Of a DNA stretch of 61,846 bases, positions 11,208-22,105 are shown piece after piece. Each line of letters opens with the position of its first letter. Position 1 is the first letter of the stretch. The notes beneath the pieces were generated by a model. That model was not told where the DNA came from and searched no databases. It saw only the letters and a list, made by a program, of their open reading frames with translations. Location: NCBI GenBank assembly GCA_002383605.1, contig DFYK01000043.1, positions 33,727 to 95,572 of the forward strand. The letters are read 5' to 3'. Position numbers and translations under genes: made by a program. The DNA is from Proteiniphilum sp. UBA4084. GTDB lineage: Bacteria; Bacteroidota; Bacteroidia; Bacteroidales; Dysgonomonadaceae.

Positions 11208-11280
11208 TCGGTTATAGTTTGAACAATTATTGTAACTTTAAAAAATTATTCTGCAAGAAACCGCAAAATAAAATTTTTAT

Positions 11281-12054
11281 ATGAGACAATCATTGTTCAT
11301 ACTTTCATTTATCCTGTTACTGGTTTCAACAAATCTTACAGGACAGGAAATTATTGCACACCGGGGATACTGGAAAACCGACGGATCGGCACAAAATTCC
11401 ATTGCATCACTGATGAAAGCCGATTCTATCGGTGTTTTCGGCTCAGAGGTTGATGTCTGGTTATCCTCCGACGGTTTTCCGGTGATCAATCACGATGCAG
11501 ATGTCACGCTGCACGGAGAGAAACTGGTCGTGCAGGATACCCCACTCGCCACACTCCGGAAGGTGAAACTCTCCAACGGAGAAACATTGCCCACCATGGA
11601 GGAGTATCTCGATGCATTTGCCCAATGCAAGCATGTAAAACTGATCATCGAGTTTAAAGTGCACAAATCCAAAGAGAGAGAGGATTTGCTGGCTGAGAAA
11701 GTCATGGGTATGGTTCGGCAGCACAATCTGCAGGAAAAGGTGGAATATATTTCCTTTGGAATCCACTTTGTGCAGCAGGTAAGGAATATTAATCCGCAGG
11801 CACCGGTTTATTATCTGAACGGCGACCTTTCACCGCAGGTCCTGGCAACAATGGGTTTGAGTGGCTTCGATTACCATTACAATGTGTTGTACAAACACCC
11901 TGAGTGGGTGAAGAAGGCACATGAACTGGGACAGAAAGTGAATGTATGGACGGTAAACAAACCCGAAGATATTCAGAAGATCATCGATTTGAAAGTTGAT
12001 TTCATTACCACAGACGAGCCATTGCTGGTCAGAGAAATTTTGCACAAACAATGA
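11281..12054 (+). CDS. Glycerophosphodiester phosphodiesterase family protein
   Basis: IIAHRG, SEVDVWLSSDG..VINHD, IEFK, VWTVN and ITTDEP motifs; signal peptide. Confidence 0.92.
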   Translation: MRQSLFILSFILLLVSTNLTGQEIIAHRGYWKTDGSAQNSIASLMKADSIGVFGSEVDVWLSSDGFPVINHDADVTLHGEKLVVQDTPLATLRKVKLSNGETLPTMEEYLDAFAQCKHVKLIIEFKVHKSKEREDLLAEKVMGMVRQHNLQEKVEYISFGIHFVQQVRNINPQAPVYYLNGDLSPQVLATMGLSGFDYHYNVLYKHPEWVKKAHELGQKVNVWTVNKPEDIQKIIDLKVDFITTDEPLLVREILHKQ

Positions 12055-12554
12055 ATCTGGGAGAACAACTCAACCGGGCCATCCTCATTGCCATGGAGGC
12101 GCATGAAGGACAGCTCGACACGCACAACGGGCGTCCTTACATTGAACATCCGTTCCGGGTAATGAATGCGGGACATACACTGCAGGAGAAGATTGTGGGT
12201 ATTCTGCATGACGTGGTGGAAGATACATCCTGGACACTGGAACAACTTGCTGATAAAGGATTCTCCAAAGAAATCGTGGAGGGTGTGGATGCCATGTCAC
12301 GCCGCGACAATGAGTCGTACGATGAATATATCGTCAGACTGCAAGTCAACCCTATTGCCGTGCGAGTGAAGCTGAACGACCTGACCGACAACATGGATAT
12401 CCGCCGCTGGAATGAAGTACAGTACCATGACCTGGCCCGCCTGCAAAAATATCTGGAAGCATACAAACTGCTTACGGAACAGGAACAAAAACCGACGGAC
12501 AAAGGGCAGGCCGATCACCCCGGACAGGCCAGTAAACCACTACAAGGAAAATAA
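12051..12554 (+). CDS. Stand-alone HD-domain hydrolase of the RelA/SpoT-hydrolase (Mesh1/SAH-like) type
   Basis: AHEGQ, GRPYIEHP, LHDVVEDT and VKLNDLTDN motifs; no synthetase domain. Confidence 0.8.
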   Translation: MNLGEQLNRAILIAMEAHEGQLDTHNGRPYIEHPFRVMNAGHTLQEKIVGILHDVVEDTSWTLEQLADKGFSKEIVEGVDAMSRRDNESYDEYIVRLQVNPIAVRVKLNDLTDNMDIRRWNEVQYHDLARLQKYLEAYKLLTEQEQKPTDKGQADHPGQASKPLQGK

Positions 12555-12555
12555 G

Positions 12556-13680
12556 GTGGCAGGCATCTATATCCATATACCCTATTGCAAGACCCGTTGT
12601 ACATACTGCGATTTTTACACCCTCACCAACGAATCGCAAATAGATGCTTTTGTAAATGCACTCTGCGGGGAAGCAGAGGCAAGGAAAGAAGAACTTTCCG
12701 AAACCGTGAAAACCATCTATTTCGGTGGTGGAACACCTTCACGGCTGCATCAGCATCATTTTGAACAGCTATTCGACACCCTATTCAATCGGTACACCAT
12801 AGATGCCAACGCGGAAATTACCGTAGAGGCAAATCCCGATGATCTTTCGGATGATTACATCAGGATGCTTGCAAAGCTACCGGTCAACCGCCTCAGCATT
12901 GGCATTCAAAGTTTCGACGACGAGGAGCTGAAGTTTCTGAGCCGGCGGCATTCTGCCCGACAGGCCATCGAGGCAGTCGGAAGGTGTCAGGAGCAGGGTT
13001 TTCGCAATATCAGCATCGATCTGATGTATGGCCTGCCGGGACAGTCTTTGGAACTATGGGAGCGGAATCTGGATCAGGCCATCGCACGCAATATTCAGCA
13101 TATATCGGCTTATCATCTTATTTACGAAGAGAAAACCAGGATGTACTCGCTGCTGAAGGCCGGCAAGATCAGGCAGGTGGATGAAACGACCAGTACTGCC
13201 ATGTTCTCAAAACTGATCGACCGGCTCACAGCCGATGGTTTTATCCACTACGAGATTTCCGCCTTCGGCAAAGCGGGTTGTTTCTCAAGGCACAACAGCG
13301 CCTACTGGCAAAATAAAAAATATGTGGGATTAGGGCCGGCAGCACACTCTTATGATGGCGACAACCGTTCACTGAATGTTGCATCGCTCAACCGGTATAT
13401 AAAAGGAATTGAATCGGGTATCCCCGACCGAAGTTTCGAGCAGCTGAGCCTGAATGAAAAGTATAACGAATACATCCTGACCGGTCTGCGTACCATGTGG
13501 GGTATAAATCTTACAGAACTGAAAAACAGGTTCGGAGAACAGTTCTTTCAGTTCTGCATGGAAAATGCACAAAAGTATCTGGATCAAAAACTGCTAAACA
13601 GGGAAGAAGACACCCTGAAGCTCACCCGCGAGGGCATCTTCATCTCCGATGGTATCATGAGCGATCTGATGCGGGTCTAA
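12556..13680 (+). CDS. hemW: Radical SAM heme chaperone HemW (HemN-like)
   Basis: GTG start at 12556; GIYIHIPYCKTRCTYCDF, YFGGGTPS, YEISAF and HNSAYW motifs. Confidence 0.9.
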   Translation: MAGIYIHIPYCKTRCTYCDFYTLTNESQIDAFVNALCGEAEARKEELSETVKTIYFGGGTPSRLHQHHFEQLFDTLFNRYTIDANAEITVEANPDDLSDDYIRMLAKLPVNRLSIGIQSFDDEELKFLSRRHSARQAIEAVGRCQEQGFRNISIDLMYGLPGQSLELWERNLDQAIARNIQHISAYHLIYEEKTRMYSLLKAGKIRQVDETTSTAMFSKLIDRLTADGFIHYEISAFGKAGCFSRHNSAYWQNKKYVGLGPAAHSYDGDNRSLNVASLNRYIKGIESGIPDRSFEQLSLNEKYNEYILTGLRTMWGINLTELKNRFGEQFFQFCMENAQKYLDQKLLNREEDTLKLTREGIFISDGIMSDLMRV

Positions 13681-13689
13681 TTCAAAATA

Positions 13690-15360
13690 TCAGCTCAATC
13701 CCTCAATCTTTCCGTCGATGATATCGATGCGTTTTGCCTGCGGATCGGCAGGAAGCCCCGGCATGCGCATCATCTCACCGGCAATGGCTACGATAAATTC
13801 CGATCCCTGGTTGATGACCAGGTCGTTTATCTTGAAACGAAAATCCTTCGCCACCCCGTACCATTTGGGATCAGCAGAAAAGGAGTACTGCGTCTTGGCA
13901 ATACACACAGGCATCCTTTCGAGCGGGGTACCTTCAATAAAGCGAAGCCTTTTCAACGCGGTTTCACCCAATACCACATCGCGGGCACCATATATACCGG
14001 TTGCAATCTTGTTGAGCTTGGTTTCTATGCTATCCTCCAGGTTGTAGGTAAACTGCAGCTCGCCCGAGGGCTTGTTTTCTATCGCTTCCACTACTGCATT
14101 TGCCAGTTCCACTGCACCATTGCCTCCATCGGTAAATGCTTCGTTCACAGCAAATGACACACCCTTTTCTTCACAGAATTTTCGTATTGTTTCGATTTCA
14201 GACGGGGTATCGAAAGCGTATTTGTTGAATGCCACGACAACCGACTGTCCAAATGCAGCCAGGTTGACGAGATGTTTTTCCAGATTGTCGAGTCCTTTTC
14301 TCAATCCGTTGATGTCAGGCGCCTTGATATCTTTTTCAGGGGTGCCGCCATGCATCTTGAGTCCCTGCGCAGTCACTACGATAACCGTAAGCTTGGGGCG
14401 CAGTCCGCTCTTACGACATTTGATATTGAAAAACTTTTCCGCTCCCAGGTCTGCACCAAAGCCAGCCTCCGTGACGACATAGTCGCCGTAGGACATGGCC
14501 ATCTTGGTCGCCAGTACCGAATTACATCCATGTGCAATGTTGGCAAACGGACCGCCATGGACAAATGCCGGCGTATTTTCGGTGGTCTGCACCAGGTTGG
14601 GATGGATGGCATCTTTCATCAGTACGGTGATGGCACCGGCCACACCCAGATCTTTCACCGTGAAAGGTTTCCCGTTTCGTTTATAACCCAACAGAATGTT
14701 TTCGATGCGACGGCGCAGATCATCTTCATTTTCAGCCAGGCAAAGGATGGCCATCAGCTCCGATGCAGCCGTAATATCGAATCCGGCTTCCTGTGGCATA
14801 CCGTTTCCCGGTCCCAGGCCTGTTACAATATAACGCAGGCTTCGGTCGTTCACATCCAGTACCCGTTTCCAGAGTACCTCTTTCATATCATCTTCGGTAC
14901 CCTGCACCCGAAAGATATAATTGTCGAGTAGTGCAGAAATGGTGTTGTGTGCCGTGGTGACCGCATGAAAATCACCTGTGAAGTGCAGGTTGATATTCTC
15001 CATGGGAAGTACCTGGGCATAGCCACCACCGGCAGCTCCCCCTTTCATTCCGAAGACTGGTCCCAGTGAAGGTTCGCGTAGGGCGACAATGGCTTTTTTC
15101 CCAATTTTGTTCAGTCCGAGTACCAGTCCGATGGAAACAGTTGTTTTTCCAATGCCGGCCTTTGTGGGCGTGATTGCGGTGACCAGAATAAGGTTGCTTT
15201 GTTTTATCTTCTCAGGATTGACCAGCCCGGCAGGTACTTTTGCCATGTGTCTCCCGAAGCTGATCACTTCTTCACGAGGTATACCGATGTTCTCTGCTAC
15301 ATCTTTGATTCTTTTCAGGGGTGTCTCTCTTGCAATTTGAATGTCTGATTTCATCTTCAA
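13690..15360 (-). CDS. fhs: Formate--tetrahydrofolate ligase
   Basis: [36 protein letters not shown] and [10 protein letters not shown] motifs. Confidence 0.97.
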   Translation of the reverse strand: MKMKSDIQIARETPLKRIKDVAENIGIPREEVISFGRHMAKVPAGLVNPEKIKQSNLILVTAITPTKAGIGKTTVSIGLVLGLNKIGKKAIVALREPSLGPVFGMKGGAAGGGYAQVLPMENINLHFTGDFHAVTTAHNTISALLDNYIFRVQGTEDDMKEVLWKRVLDVNDRSLRYIVTGLGPGNGMPQEAGFDITAASELMAILCLAENEDDLRRRIENILLGYKRNGKPFTVKDLGVAGAITVLMKDAIHPNLVQTTENTPAFVHGGPFANIAHGCNSVLATKMAMSYGDYVVTEAGFGADLGAEKFFNIKCRKSGLRPKLTVIVVTAQGLKMHGGTPEKDIKAPDINGLRKGLDNLEKHLVNLAAFGQSVVVAFNKYAFDTPSEIETIRKFCEEKGVSFAVNEAFTDGGNGAVELANAVVEAIENKPSGELQFTYNLEDSIETKLNKIATGIYGARDVVLGETALKRLRFIEGTPLERMPVCIAKTQYSFSADPKWYGVAKDFRFKINDLVINQGSEFIVAIAGEMMRMPGLPADPQAKRIDIIDGKIEGLS

Positions 15361-15410
15361 TAATTTACTGATTTATAATTAACATATTAATTCATTATCA
15401 CATTGGCACA

Positions 15411-17420
15411 TCATTTCAACTTCTCCTCCAGCATTACCAGCTGATCGCGCAACTGCGCAGCTTCCAGAAATTCAAGTTTTTTAGCTGCTGCCAGCATCGC
15501 CTTGCGGGTTTGCTCTATTTTTGTTTTCAGGTCGTCTTTCGTAGCATATTCCTGCAGCGGTTCGGCGGCAAGTGCATAATAATCCGGTTCCACATATGCC
15601 TTTGCTTCTATTGTTGCACCATATTCCTTGTTCAGCGCGGAAGAATGGCTTTTTCTTATTTGCTGCGGTATGATTCCATGTACCTCATTGTATTTCATCT
15701 GTTTTTCCCGTCGCCGATTGGTCTCGTCGATGGTCATCTGCATGCTGTTCGTAATCTTATCGGCATAGAAGATCACCTTGCCATTCACATTGCGGGCAGC
15801 CCTGCCGGCCGTCTGGGTAAGTGACCGGTGTGAGCGGAGGAATCCCTCCTTGTCGGCATCCAGCACTGCCACCAGCGATACTTCAGGCAGGTCGAGCCCT
15901 TCGCGCAGCAGATTCACCCCGATCAGCACATCGAACAGACCACTGCGCAGGTCGTCCATGATCTTCACCCGCTCGAGCGTTTCCACATCGGAATGGATAT
16001 AGTTGCATCGGATGTTGTTACCTGCCAGGTAATCGGTCAGCTCCTCTGCCATTCTTTTGGTCAGTGTGGTCACCAGCACCCGTTCATTCTTCTCCACCCG
16101 TTGCTGAATCTCTTCCATGAGATCGTCGATCTGATTCAGACTCGGACGCACGTCGATGGGCGGGTCGAGCAATCCAGTGGGACGGATCAGCTGATCCACC
16201 ACGATACCTTCCGACTTCTCCAGTTCATAGTCGGCCGGCGTGGCACTCACAAAGATGATCTCCGGCGTAAGTGCCTCAAATTCTTCAAACTTAAGTGGGC
16301 GGTTGTCAATGGCTGCGGGGAGTCGGAATCCAAACTCCACCAGGTTGATCTTGCGGGAATGGTCGCCGCCATACATAGCGCGGATCTGTGGGATGGTCAC
16401 GTGGCTTTCGTCGATCACGGTGAGATAATCTTCCGGGAAGAAATCGAGAAGACAGAAGGGGCGCGTTCCAGGCAATCGTCCGTCGAAATAGCGCGAGTAG
16501 TTCTCAATTCCAGAGCAGTATCCAACCTCCCTGATCATCTCCACATCGTAAGTTACCCGCTCGTAAAGTCGTTTTGCCTCCAGTGGTTTTCCTATTTCCT
16601 GAAAAAACTCCACCTGCTTACCCAGGTCGAGCTGTATCTCGTCGATTGCCCTGTTGATGCGTTCCTGGGTAGTGACGAAGAGGTTCGCGGGAAAAATGCG
16701 GTAGGCATCCATTTTCTCCATGGTCACACCGGTGAGCGGATCCACCGATTCTACGCTTTCGATCTCATCACCCCAGAAGATCACCCGGATGATATAATCG
16801 TGATAGGCCAGAAATACATCTACTGTATCTCCCTTGACCCGAAAGTTTCCCCGGTCGAATTCGACTGTCTCATTGCGGGAATAGAGGCTGTTTACCAGTA
16901 GTCGCAACAGCTGATCCCGTTCAAGCGTCTGCCCCACCCGCACGTCGACGGTCGTCTTTTGAAAATCTTCCGGGTTTCCGATACCGTAGAGACAGGAAAC
17001 CGACGACACCACAATCACATCGTTCCGTCCGGAAAGCAACGAAGAGGTAGCAGCCAGACGAAGTTTTTCAATCTCGTCGTTGATGGAAAGATCCTTCTCT
17101 ATATAGGTGTCTGTGGAGGGGATGTAGGCTTCGGGCTGATAGTAATCGTAATAGGAAACGAAATACTCTACCGCGTTGTGCGGAAAGAAGCTTTTAAACT
17201 CACTGTAGAGCTGTGCCGCTAATGTTTTGTTGTGGCTCAGCACCAGCGTGGGTTTATTAAGCTGGGCAATGACATTGGCCACGGTAAAGGTCTTTCCCGA
17301 TCCGGTCACACCCAGCAGCGTCTGATAGGGAACCTGCTGCCGGAGTCCCTCGACCAGTGATTTGATGGCCTCGGGCTGATCACCGGTAGGTCTATATTCT
17401 GATGTAAGTTGAAAATGCAT
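15411..17420 (-). CDS. uvrB: Excinuclease ABC subunit B
   Basis: [22 protein letters not shown] and [12 protein letters not shown] motifs; C-terminal UVR domain. Confidence 0.98.
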   Translation of the reverse strand: MHFQLTSEYRPTGDQPEAIKSLVEGLRQQVPYQTLLGVTGSGKTFTVANVIAQLNKPTLVLSHNKTLAAQLYSEFKSFFPHNAVEYFVSYYDYYQPEAYIPSTDTYIEKDLSINDEIEKLRLAATSSLLSGRNDVIVVSSVSCLYGIGNPEDFQKTTVDVRVGQTLERDQLLRLLVNSLYSRNETVEFDRGNFRVKGDTVDVFLAYHDYIIRVIFWGDEIESVESVDPLTGVTMEKMDAYRIFPANLFVTTQERINRAIDEIQLDLGKQVEFFQEIGKPLEAKRLYERVTYDVEMIREVGYCSGIENYSRYFDGRLPGTRPFCLLDFFPEDYLTVIDESHVTIPQIRAMYGGDHSRKINLVEFGFRLPAAIDNRPLKFEEFEALTPEIIFVSATPADYELEKSEGIVVDQLIRPTGLLDPPIDVRPSLNQIDDLMEEIQQRVEKNERVLVTTLTKRMAEELTDYLAGNNIRCNYIHSDVETLERVKIMDDLRSGLFDVLIGVNLLREGLDLPEVSLVAVLDADKEGFLRSHRSLTQTAGRAARNVNGKVIFYADKITNSMQMTIDETNRRREKQMKYNEVHGIIPQQIRKSHSSALNKEYGATIEAKAYVEPDYYALAAEPLQEYATKDDLKTKIEQTRKAMLAAAKKLEFLEAAQLRDQLVMLEEKLK

Positions 17421-17454
17421 AGTCATCAAATAAATAAAAATAAATCATTCCCAT

Positions 17455-18543
17455 TCAGGGAGCATCGGGCTGAGGTTTGGTTTCATAAACATGGAAAATA
17501 CGGAAAAGCGAGTCTAATTTCATATGCACGATATAACCGGGCATTTCTTTCGTTTTCCCATCCCGCAGAAACGATTTTGTTAACGGTACATTCACTTTGT
17601 ACACATCGTCCAGCGTTTTTTCATACTGCACGGCATTCACATCCGCTTCAAACTGCAATATCCCCTCCTGTGTACGGGCGGCAGCCATCAGCAGTTCGCC
17701 TGTAATCCTTTCTCGGGGTGCTTTGCCCGATTCAAAAAAGCGGTCGACCACCGGTGCCAGGTATTGTCTCAGACCATCGTAATCTACCTTTGAAAGAGCG
17801 GAATAGAAGCCGTTCACCGTCATGCGTATGCTGTCTAGATCGGCCTCATTCACAGGGTAAGACTGAAAGAGCATTTCGTACCGATTGTTTGCCATTGTAA
17901 GATATTCACCCCTAAAGTCGCCGCTTTGCACCTGCAACATATAATCGGAATAAGCAGCTGCATTGTTCAGTTTTAACGCCCCCATCCAGGAGAGTGAGTC
18001 AATCCGTATCTTCACGAGCGAAGTATAGGGACTTCCGGGATACTGTTGCAGGAAATCCCGCAATGCAGAGAGGTTGTCCGTCGTCTTCAACTGTTCCCAG
18101 TTGGCAGCTTCGTTCTGTTTCAAACGCATCAACATGGCATTTGCTTCTTCAAAATGAGAACCGGAAGGATGTGATGTCATATAATCGAGGTAACCTCCTA
18201 CAGAATTTGCCTTCAGCGCCCTGTCCCAACCACTTCGTTCGAGGTTGCCTTTTCGGATTGTTTCATTGTAGATAAAAAAAGCAGCTACCAGCAGAACAAC
18301 CGTCAGCGCAGGCCAAAGAAGAGATTTTGCTGATTTCTTCTTCCGGCTGTTAAACTCCTGCAGAGTATCCTCGTTATCGTTGGCACTATTTAAACTGCTA
18401 CCTACCTCATCCTCCGATTTTTCTGTCTGAATTAATTCAGGTAGATTAACCTCATAATCGGTTTGGATTCGCTTCGAGCAATCTTCACAAAAAAGCGCTT
18501 CCTCCGGTTTATGTTTTCCGCATAAGGGGCATTGTAGGGACAT
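17455..18543 (-). CDS. Hypothetical membrane-anchored protein: N-terminal zinc ribbon, one TM helix, repeated helical Y/F-L-x-x-Y/H-P-x-G/S motifs
   Basis: CPLC-x10-CEDC; hydrophobic LLWPALTVVLLVAAFFIY; YLDYMTSHPSG and LRDFLQQYPGS repeats; 362 aa ORF co-oriented with uvrB. Confidence 0.7.
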   Translation of the reverse strand: MSLQCPLCGKHKPEEALFCEDCSKRIQTDYEVNLPELIQTEKSEDEVGSSLNSANDNEDTLQEFNSRKKKSAKSLLWPALTVVLLVAAFFIYNETIRKGNLERSGWDRALKANSVGGYLDYMTSHPSGSHFEEANAMLMRLKQNEAANWEQLKTTDNLSALRDFLQQYPGSPYTSLVKIRIDSLSWMGALKLNNAAAYSDYMLQVQSGDFRGEYLTMANNRYEMLFQSYPVNEADLDSIRMTVNGFYSALSKVDYDGLRQYLAPVVDRFFESGKAPRERITGELLMAAARTQEGILQFEADVNAVQYEKTLDDVYKVNVPLTKSFLRDGKTKEMPGYIVHMKLDSLFRIFHVYETKPQPDAP

Positions 18544-18659
18544 CCTGTACCTGATTTTAGTGTGATTTTATCTTCTTACAAAGATAAAAATGTTTTGCGT
18601 ATAAATGGGGATGCCGTGATTATGAGATTGATTTATCTTGTGAAAATCATTGAATTTTG

Positions 18660-18667
18660 TACTTTTG
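18660..18667 (+). promoter_or_regulatory. -7 promoter element (TACTTTTG) for dgkA-helicase; divergent element CAAAGATA at 18579-18586
   Basis: TAnnTTTG matches on both strands of a divergent intergenic region. Confidence 0.5.
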
Positions 18668-18684
18668 AAGAGAATTGTAAAAAT

Positions 18685-19044
18685 ATGTCTTACCTAAAAA
18701 ATAGAATTCGCTCCTTCAGCCATGCTTTCACCGGGCTTCGTCTTTTATTCAGGGGAACGCCGAATGCACTGATCCAGTTGATTGCTGCCATCGCAGCACT
18801 GCTTCTGGGTTTCGTGCTGCATATTTCAACTGCGGAATGGCTCGCGGTGATCATAGCCATTGGTCTGGTGCTATCACTTGAAGCGATAAACAGTGCGTTG
18901 GAGGTGCTTGCCGATTATGCCTGTAACAAAGAGATACATCCTGCCATTAAAAAAGTGAAGGACCTGGCAGCTGCGGGTGTTCTGATCGCTGCACTGACAG
19001 CACTCGCCGTGGGTCTTGTGGTATTTCTTCCAAAAATTGTTTAA
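18685..19044 (+). CDS. dgkA: Diacylglycerol/undecaprenol kinase family protein
   Basis: SFSHAFTGL, EAINSALE and KKVKDLAAAGVL motifs; three TM segments; ATG at 18685. Confidence 0.88.
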   Translation: MSYLKNRIRSFSHAFTGLRLLFRGTPNALIQLIAAIAALLLGFVLHISTAEWLAVIIAIGLVLSLEAINSALEVLADYACNKEIHPAIKKVKDLAAAGVLIAALTALAVGLVVFLPKIV

Positions 19045-19052
19045 AGCGCGCC

Positions 19053-22028
19053 ATGACCGATTTAGAAAAAATCCGTGTCCACCTGCTGAGGTCAGGGCCA
19101 GAAAACAATCTGCTGCACTGTATAACCAAAGATACTCCCCGAAACGAAATAACCGTAAAATATGAGACAACAGCCGGAAACAGCGATGTCGCCGGTTCAA
19201 TGGAAGTGTTCAGGGAAGGGGCTCAACTAAATCTGATCGATTGTGAAACAGATAAGGAAGGTTTTGTCATCCCCCAATATATTATCCTCGAACCCGATTA
19301 TCTGATCGATGCCTCCGCCATTGCGGAGTGCTTTCAGGATTATGCAGTATCTCCCCTTCACTATTTTCGCAACAGACTGGAGGAGAAGGAGAACCGATCC
19401 TATCTGTTACTGGGTAATCTGGCCAACTTTTTTCTGGATGAACTGGTATTTGCCGATGATCCGGCTGAAGTCTCTTTTGGGGATGTCTTTTTGCGCTCTT
19501 TCAAACAATCCCCCTTTGAATATGCCAGCTGTCAAGATATACGTTTCGACAGCGACTTTCGCGCGTTTATGCTAAAAGCGAAGGATCAGTTTGAACAGAT
19601 ACGGCGGGTCATTCTGGAGGATTTTCCGAAGCAGGGAATTGATATCCATCATTGCACGCTGGAACCTTCATTCTTTAGTGAAAAGTTCGGTTTTCAGGGG
19701 CGCCTCGATTTGCTGCATATGCCTTCGGGCAGTGTAGAGGCAAAAATCGTTGAACTGAAGTCGGGGAGGCTCCCATTTCCCGCGTATGACAGCAATAAGA
19801 TTGCCCTCAACCACGCGGTACAGGCCACCGTGTATAAAATGATGGTAGAGGGTGTATTCGGTAAAGATCTGTATCGTGTGGAAGCAGCCATACTTTATTC
19901 GGCAGGCAATAAGCCGGGTGAAAACCTGCGTTATCCGGTTGAAGACAGTGAACTGAAAAGAAGGATTATCCACGTCAGAAACCAGATCGTAGCCATCGAG
20001 CAAAGCATCATCCATGGAGACAACTATCAGGTGGAAAAGCTGTTTGATGTGTTATTTCGTTCAGTCGGTCCGTCCCAGAAAGTTCCCGGTTTTTACTTGC
20101 GCAAGATCGAGCGCCTTCGCACCATCCTGTCGCAATGTACCGATCTGGAAAAAACATGGTTTTACCGCTACATCCGTTTTATTTCAGGAGAACTCTCCCT
20201 GCAGAAGCTCGGCGTTGAGAAAAACGAATCGCCCAACGGCCTTGCATCGCTTTGGAACAGCAGTTTCGACGAACGTTCTGCCTCTTTGGATGTTCTGTTC
20301 AATCTCTCCATCCTGGAAATCGATGATTCGGGAAACGAGCGGACAATTATTTTTGCACGGGATGAAAACGATCATGGCGTCGTCAATTTTCGTGAGGGAG
20401 ATATCTGCATCGTCTATCCCCGTAGCGATGCAAACGATACGGTGCTGAACCGGCAGATTCTGAAGGGTACCCTCGTACGGATTACCAAAGAGCAGGTGGA
20501 GGTGCGTTTCCGTTACAAACAAAAGAACCGACAATTTTATGCGGATCATCCTCTTTGGGCCATTGAACATGATACGCTGGACAGCACCTTCAACAACATG
20601 TTCAAGGGTATCTTCTCGTTCCTTACGGCATCGAAACAAAAAAGAGAACTGCTTCTGGGAATGCAGGCGCCCGGAGTAAAGATACCGGATGAAAAACGGA
20701 AGAGTGCCCCACCCGATGACATCATTGACAAAGTGATGGACTCCGAAGATTATTTTCTGATTGTCGGCCCGCCTGGAACAGGGAAGACATCGATTTATGC
20801 CCGCCGGTTAATTGAGGAGTATTACGCTCGACCTAATACAAACATCCTGGTACTGGCCTATACCAATCGCGCCGTAGATGAACTTTGCGAAGCCATCAAT
20901 GCAGCCTTCGGATGCAGCGACGGATCGTGTGACGCCTATATCAGGGTGGGTTCAGAACTTTCATGTGCCGTGCAATACCGACACCGGTTGCTGCAAAGGA
21001 TATCTGAAAAAGCGAACAGCAGGGAATCACTGCGTAGTGAGATAGACCGGACACGCATCTATGTCTCCACGCTCGCATCCATTACAGGAAGAATGGAACT
21101 CTTCGCGCTCAAACATTTTCACGTGGCCATCATCGATGAGGCGTCGCAAATTCTGGAACCACAGATTATCGGGCTATTGCCCCGCTTCGACAAGTTCATC
21201 ATGATAGGAGATCACAACCAGCTCGCCACCATCGTATTACAGGATCCGCTGCTCTCTAAAACAGGAGAACCCGCGTTGCGAGAAGCCGGCATCCTCAATT
21301 GCCGCGATTCGCTGTTCGAACGGCTGCTTCGTCAATGCAGTGAAAAAGGGTGGCAGCATGCTTATGTGCAACTCACCCTGCAGGGGAGAATGCATGAAGA
21401 CATCGCCCGGTTCCCGGCTACCTGGTTCTACTCCGGGGGGTTGCTTCCCGCAAGTGAATGGCAATCGTCGGAATGGAACTTAACCTGTGCATCCGGGCAT
21501 CTGATGGAGCGTTGTGTAGCGACTGAGAGAACTGTTTTCTTTTCCACGGAGAAGATCAACCAGACCTCTTCCTCCGGCAAACTCAACGAGACGGAAGCCA
21601 CGGTGATTGTGGAGCTGTTACTATCCATCCGGAAAATATATAAAGAAAATGGCATCCAATTTGATCCAGGCAGTGTGGGCATCATAGCACCCTATCGAAA
21701 TCAGATTGCGCTGATCAGACACAAACTGTCTGAGTCTGATTTGCAAGATAGTGAAAAAATGATGATCGATACCGTCGAACGGTTTCAGGGGAGCCAGCGC
21801 GATGTGATCATCCTTTCCTTTTGTGTAAACAATCCCGGTCAGTTGGATTATCTCACAAACCTGAATCACGACGGTACGGTAGACAGGAAACTGAATGTGG
21901 CCATTACCCGTGCCAGACAACAATTATTTCTTATCGGGAATGCCGGTATTCTGCAGTCACATCCGGTGTATGCCACCCTGCTGCACCATTACAGGGATCG
22001 CATGATTGAGCTGAAAGCAGGTGATTAA
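19053..22028 (+). CDS. Dna2-like nuclease-helicase (PD-(D/E)XK nuclease + UPF1/NAM7-type SF1B helicase)
   Basis: ILEPDYLID; FGFQGRLDLL...VELKSG (nuclease); GPPGTGKT, YTNRAVD, IIDEASQ, GDHNQL, DTVERFQGSQRD and LNVAITRA (helicase). Confidence 0.85.
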   Translation: MTDLEKIRVHLLRSGPENNLLHCITKDTPRNEITVKYETTAGNSDVAGSMEVFREGAQLNLIDCETDKEGFVIPQYIILEPDYLIDASAIAECFQDYAVSPLHYFRNRLEEKENRSYLLLGNLANFFLDELVFADDPAEVSFGDVFLRSFKQSPFEYASCQDIRFDSDFRAFMLKAKDQFEQIRRVILEDFPKQGIDIHHCTLEPSFFSEKFGFQGRLDLLHMPSGSVEAKIVELKSGRLPFPAYDSNKIALNHAVQATVYKMMVEGVFGKDLYRVEAAILYSAGNKPGENLRYPVEDSELKRRIIHVRNQIVAIEQSIIHGDNYQVEKLFDVLFRSVGPSQKVPGFYLRKIERLRTILSQCTDLEKTWFYRYIRFISGELSLQKLGVEKNESPNGLASLWNSSFDERSASLDVLFNLSILEIDDSGNERTIIFARDENDHGVVNFREGDICIVYPRSDANDTVLNRQILKGTLVRITKEQVEVRFRYKQKNRQFYADHPLWAIEHDTLDSTFNNMFKGIFSFLTASKQKRELLLGMQAPGVKIPDEKRKSAPPDDIIDKVMDSEDYFLIVGPPGTGKTSIYARRLIEEYYARPNTNILVLAYTNRAVDELCEAINAAFGCSDGSCDAYIRVGSELSCAVQYRHRLLQRISEKANSRESLRSEIDRTRIYVSTLASITGRMELFALKHFHVAIIDEASQILEPQIIGLLPRFDKFIMIGDHNQLATIVLQDPLLSKTGEPALREAGILNCRDSLFERLLRQCSEKGWQHAYVQLTLQGRMHEDIARFPATWFYSGGLLPASEWQSSEWNLTCASGHLMERCVATERTVFFSTEKINQTSSSGKLNETEATVIVELLLSIRKIYKENGIQFDPGSVGIIAPYRNQIALIRHKLSESDLQDSEKMMIDTVERFQGSQRDVIILSFCVNNPGQLDYLTNLNHDGTVDRKLNVAITRARQQLFLIGNAGILQSHPVYATLLHHYRDRMIELKAGD

Positions 22029-22080
22029 TCGAAAAAATGAAGTTATTTGCCACATTTTTTTTTATTATCACAATATTTTG

Positions 22081-22088
22081 TATTTTTG
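22081..22088 (+). promoter_or_regulatory. -7 promoter element of tRNA-Gln (TATTTTTG)
   Basis: TAnnTTTG ending 17 nt upstream of the tRNA 5' end. Confidence 0.6.
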
Positions 22089-22105
22089 CACTCTCAAACA
22101 GACAT

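Noticed and set aside
12412-12555. 48-aa N-terminal extension of HemW
   Set aside because: It overlaps the HD gene; family similarity begins at GTG 12556 (AGIYIHIP).
15993-16901. 302-aa plus-strand ORF
   Set aside because: Antisense shadow of uvrB with no recognisable motifs.
19053-20000. Cas4 / CRISPR association of the nuclease domain
   Set aside because: It is fused to a UPF1-like helicase, with no cas1/cas2 or array nearby.
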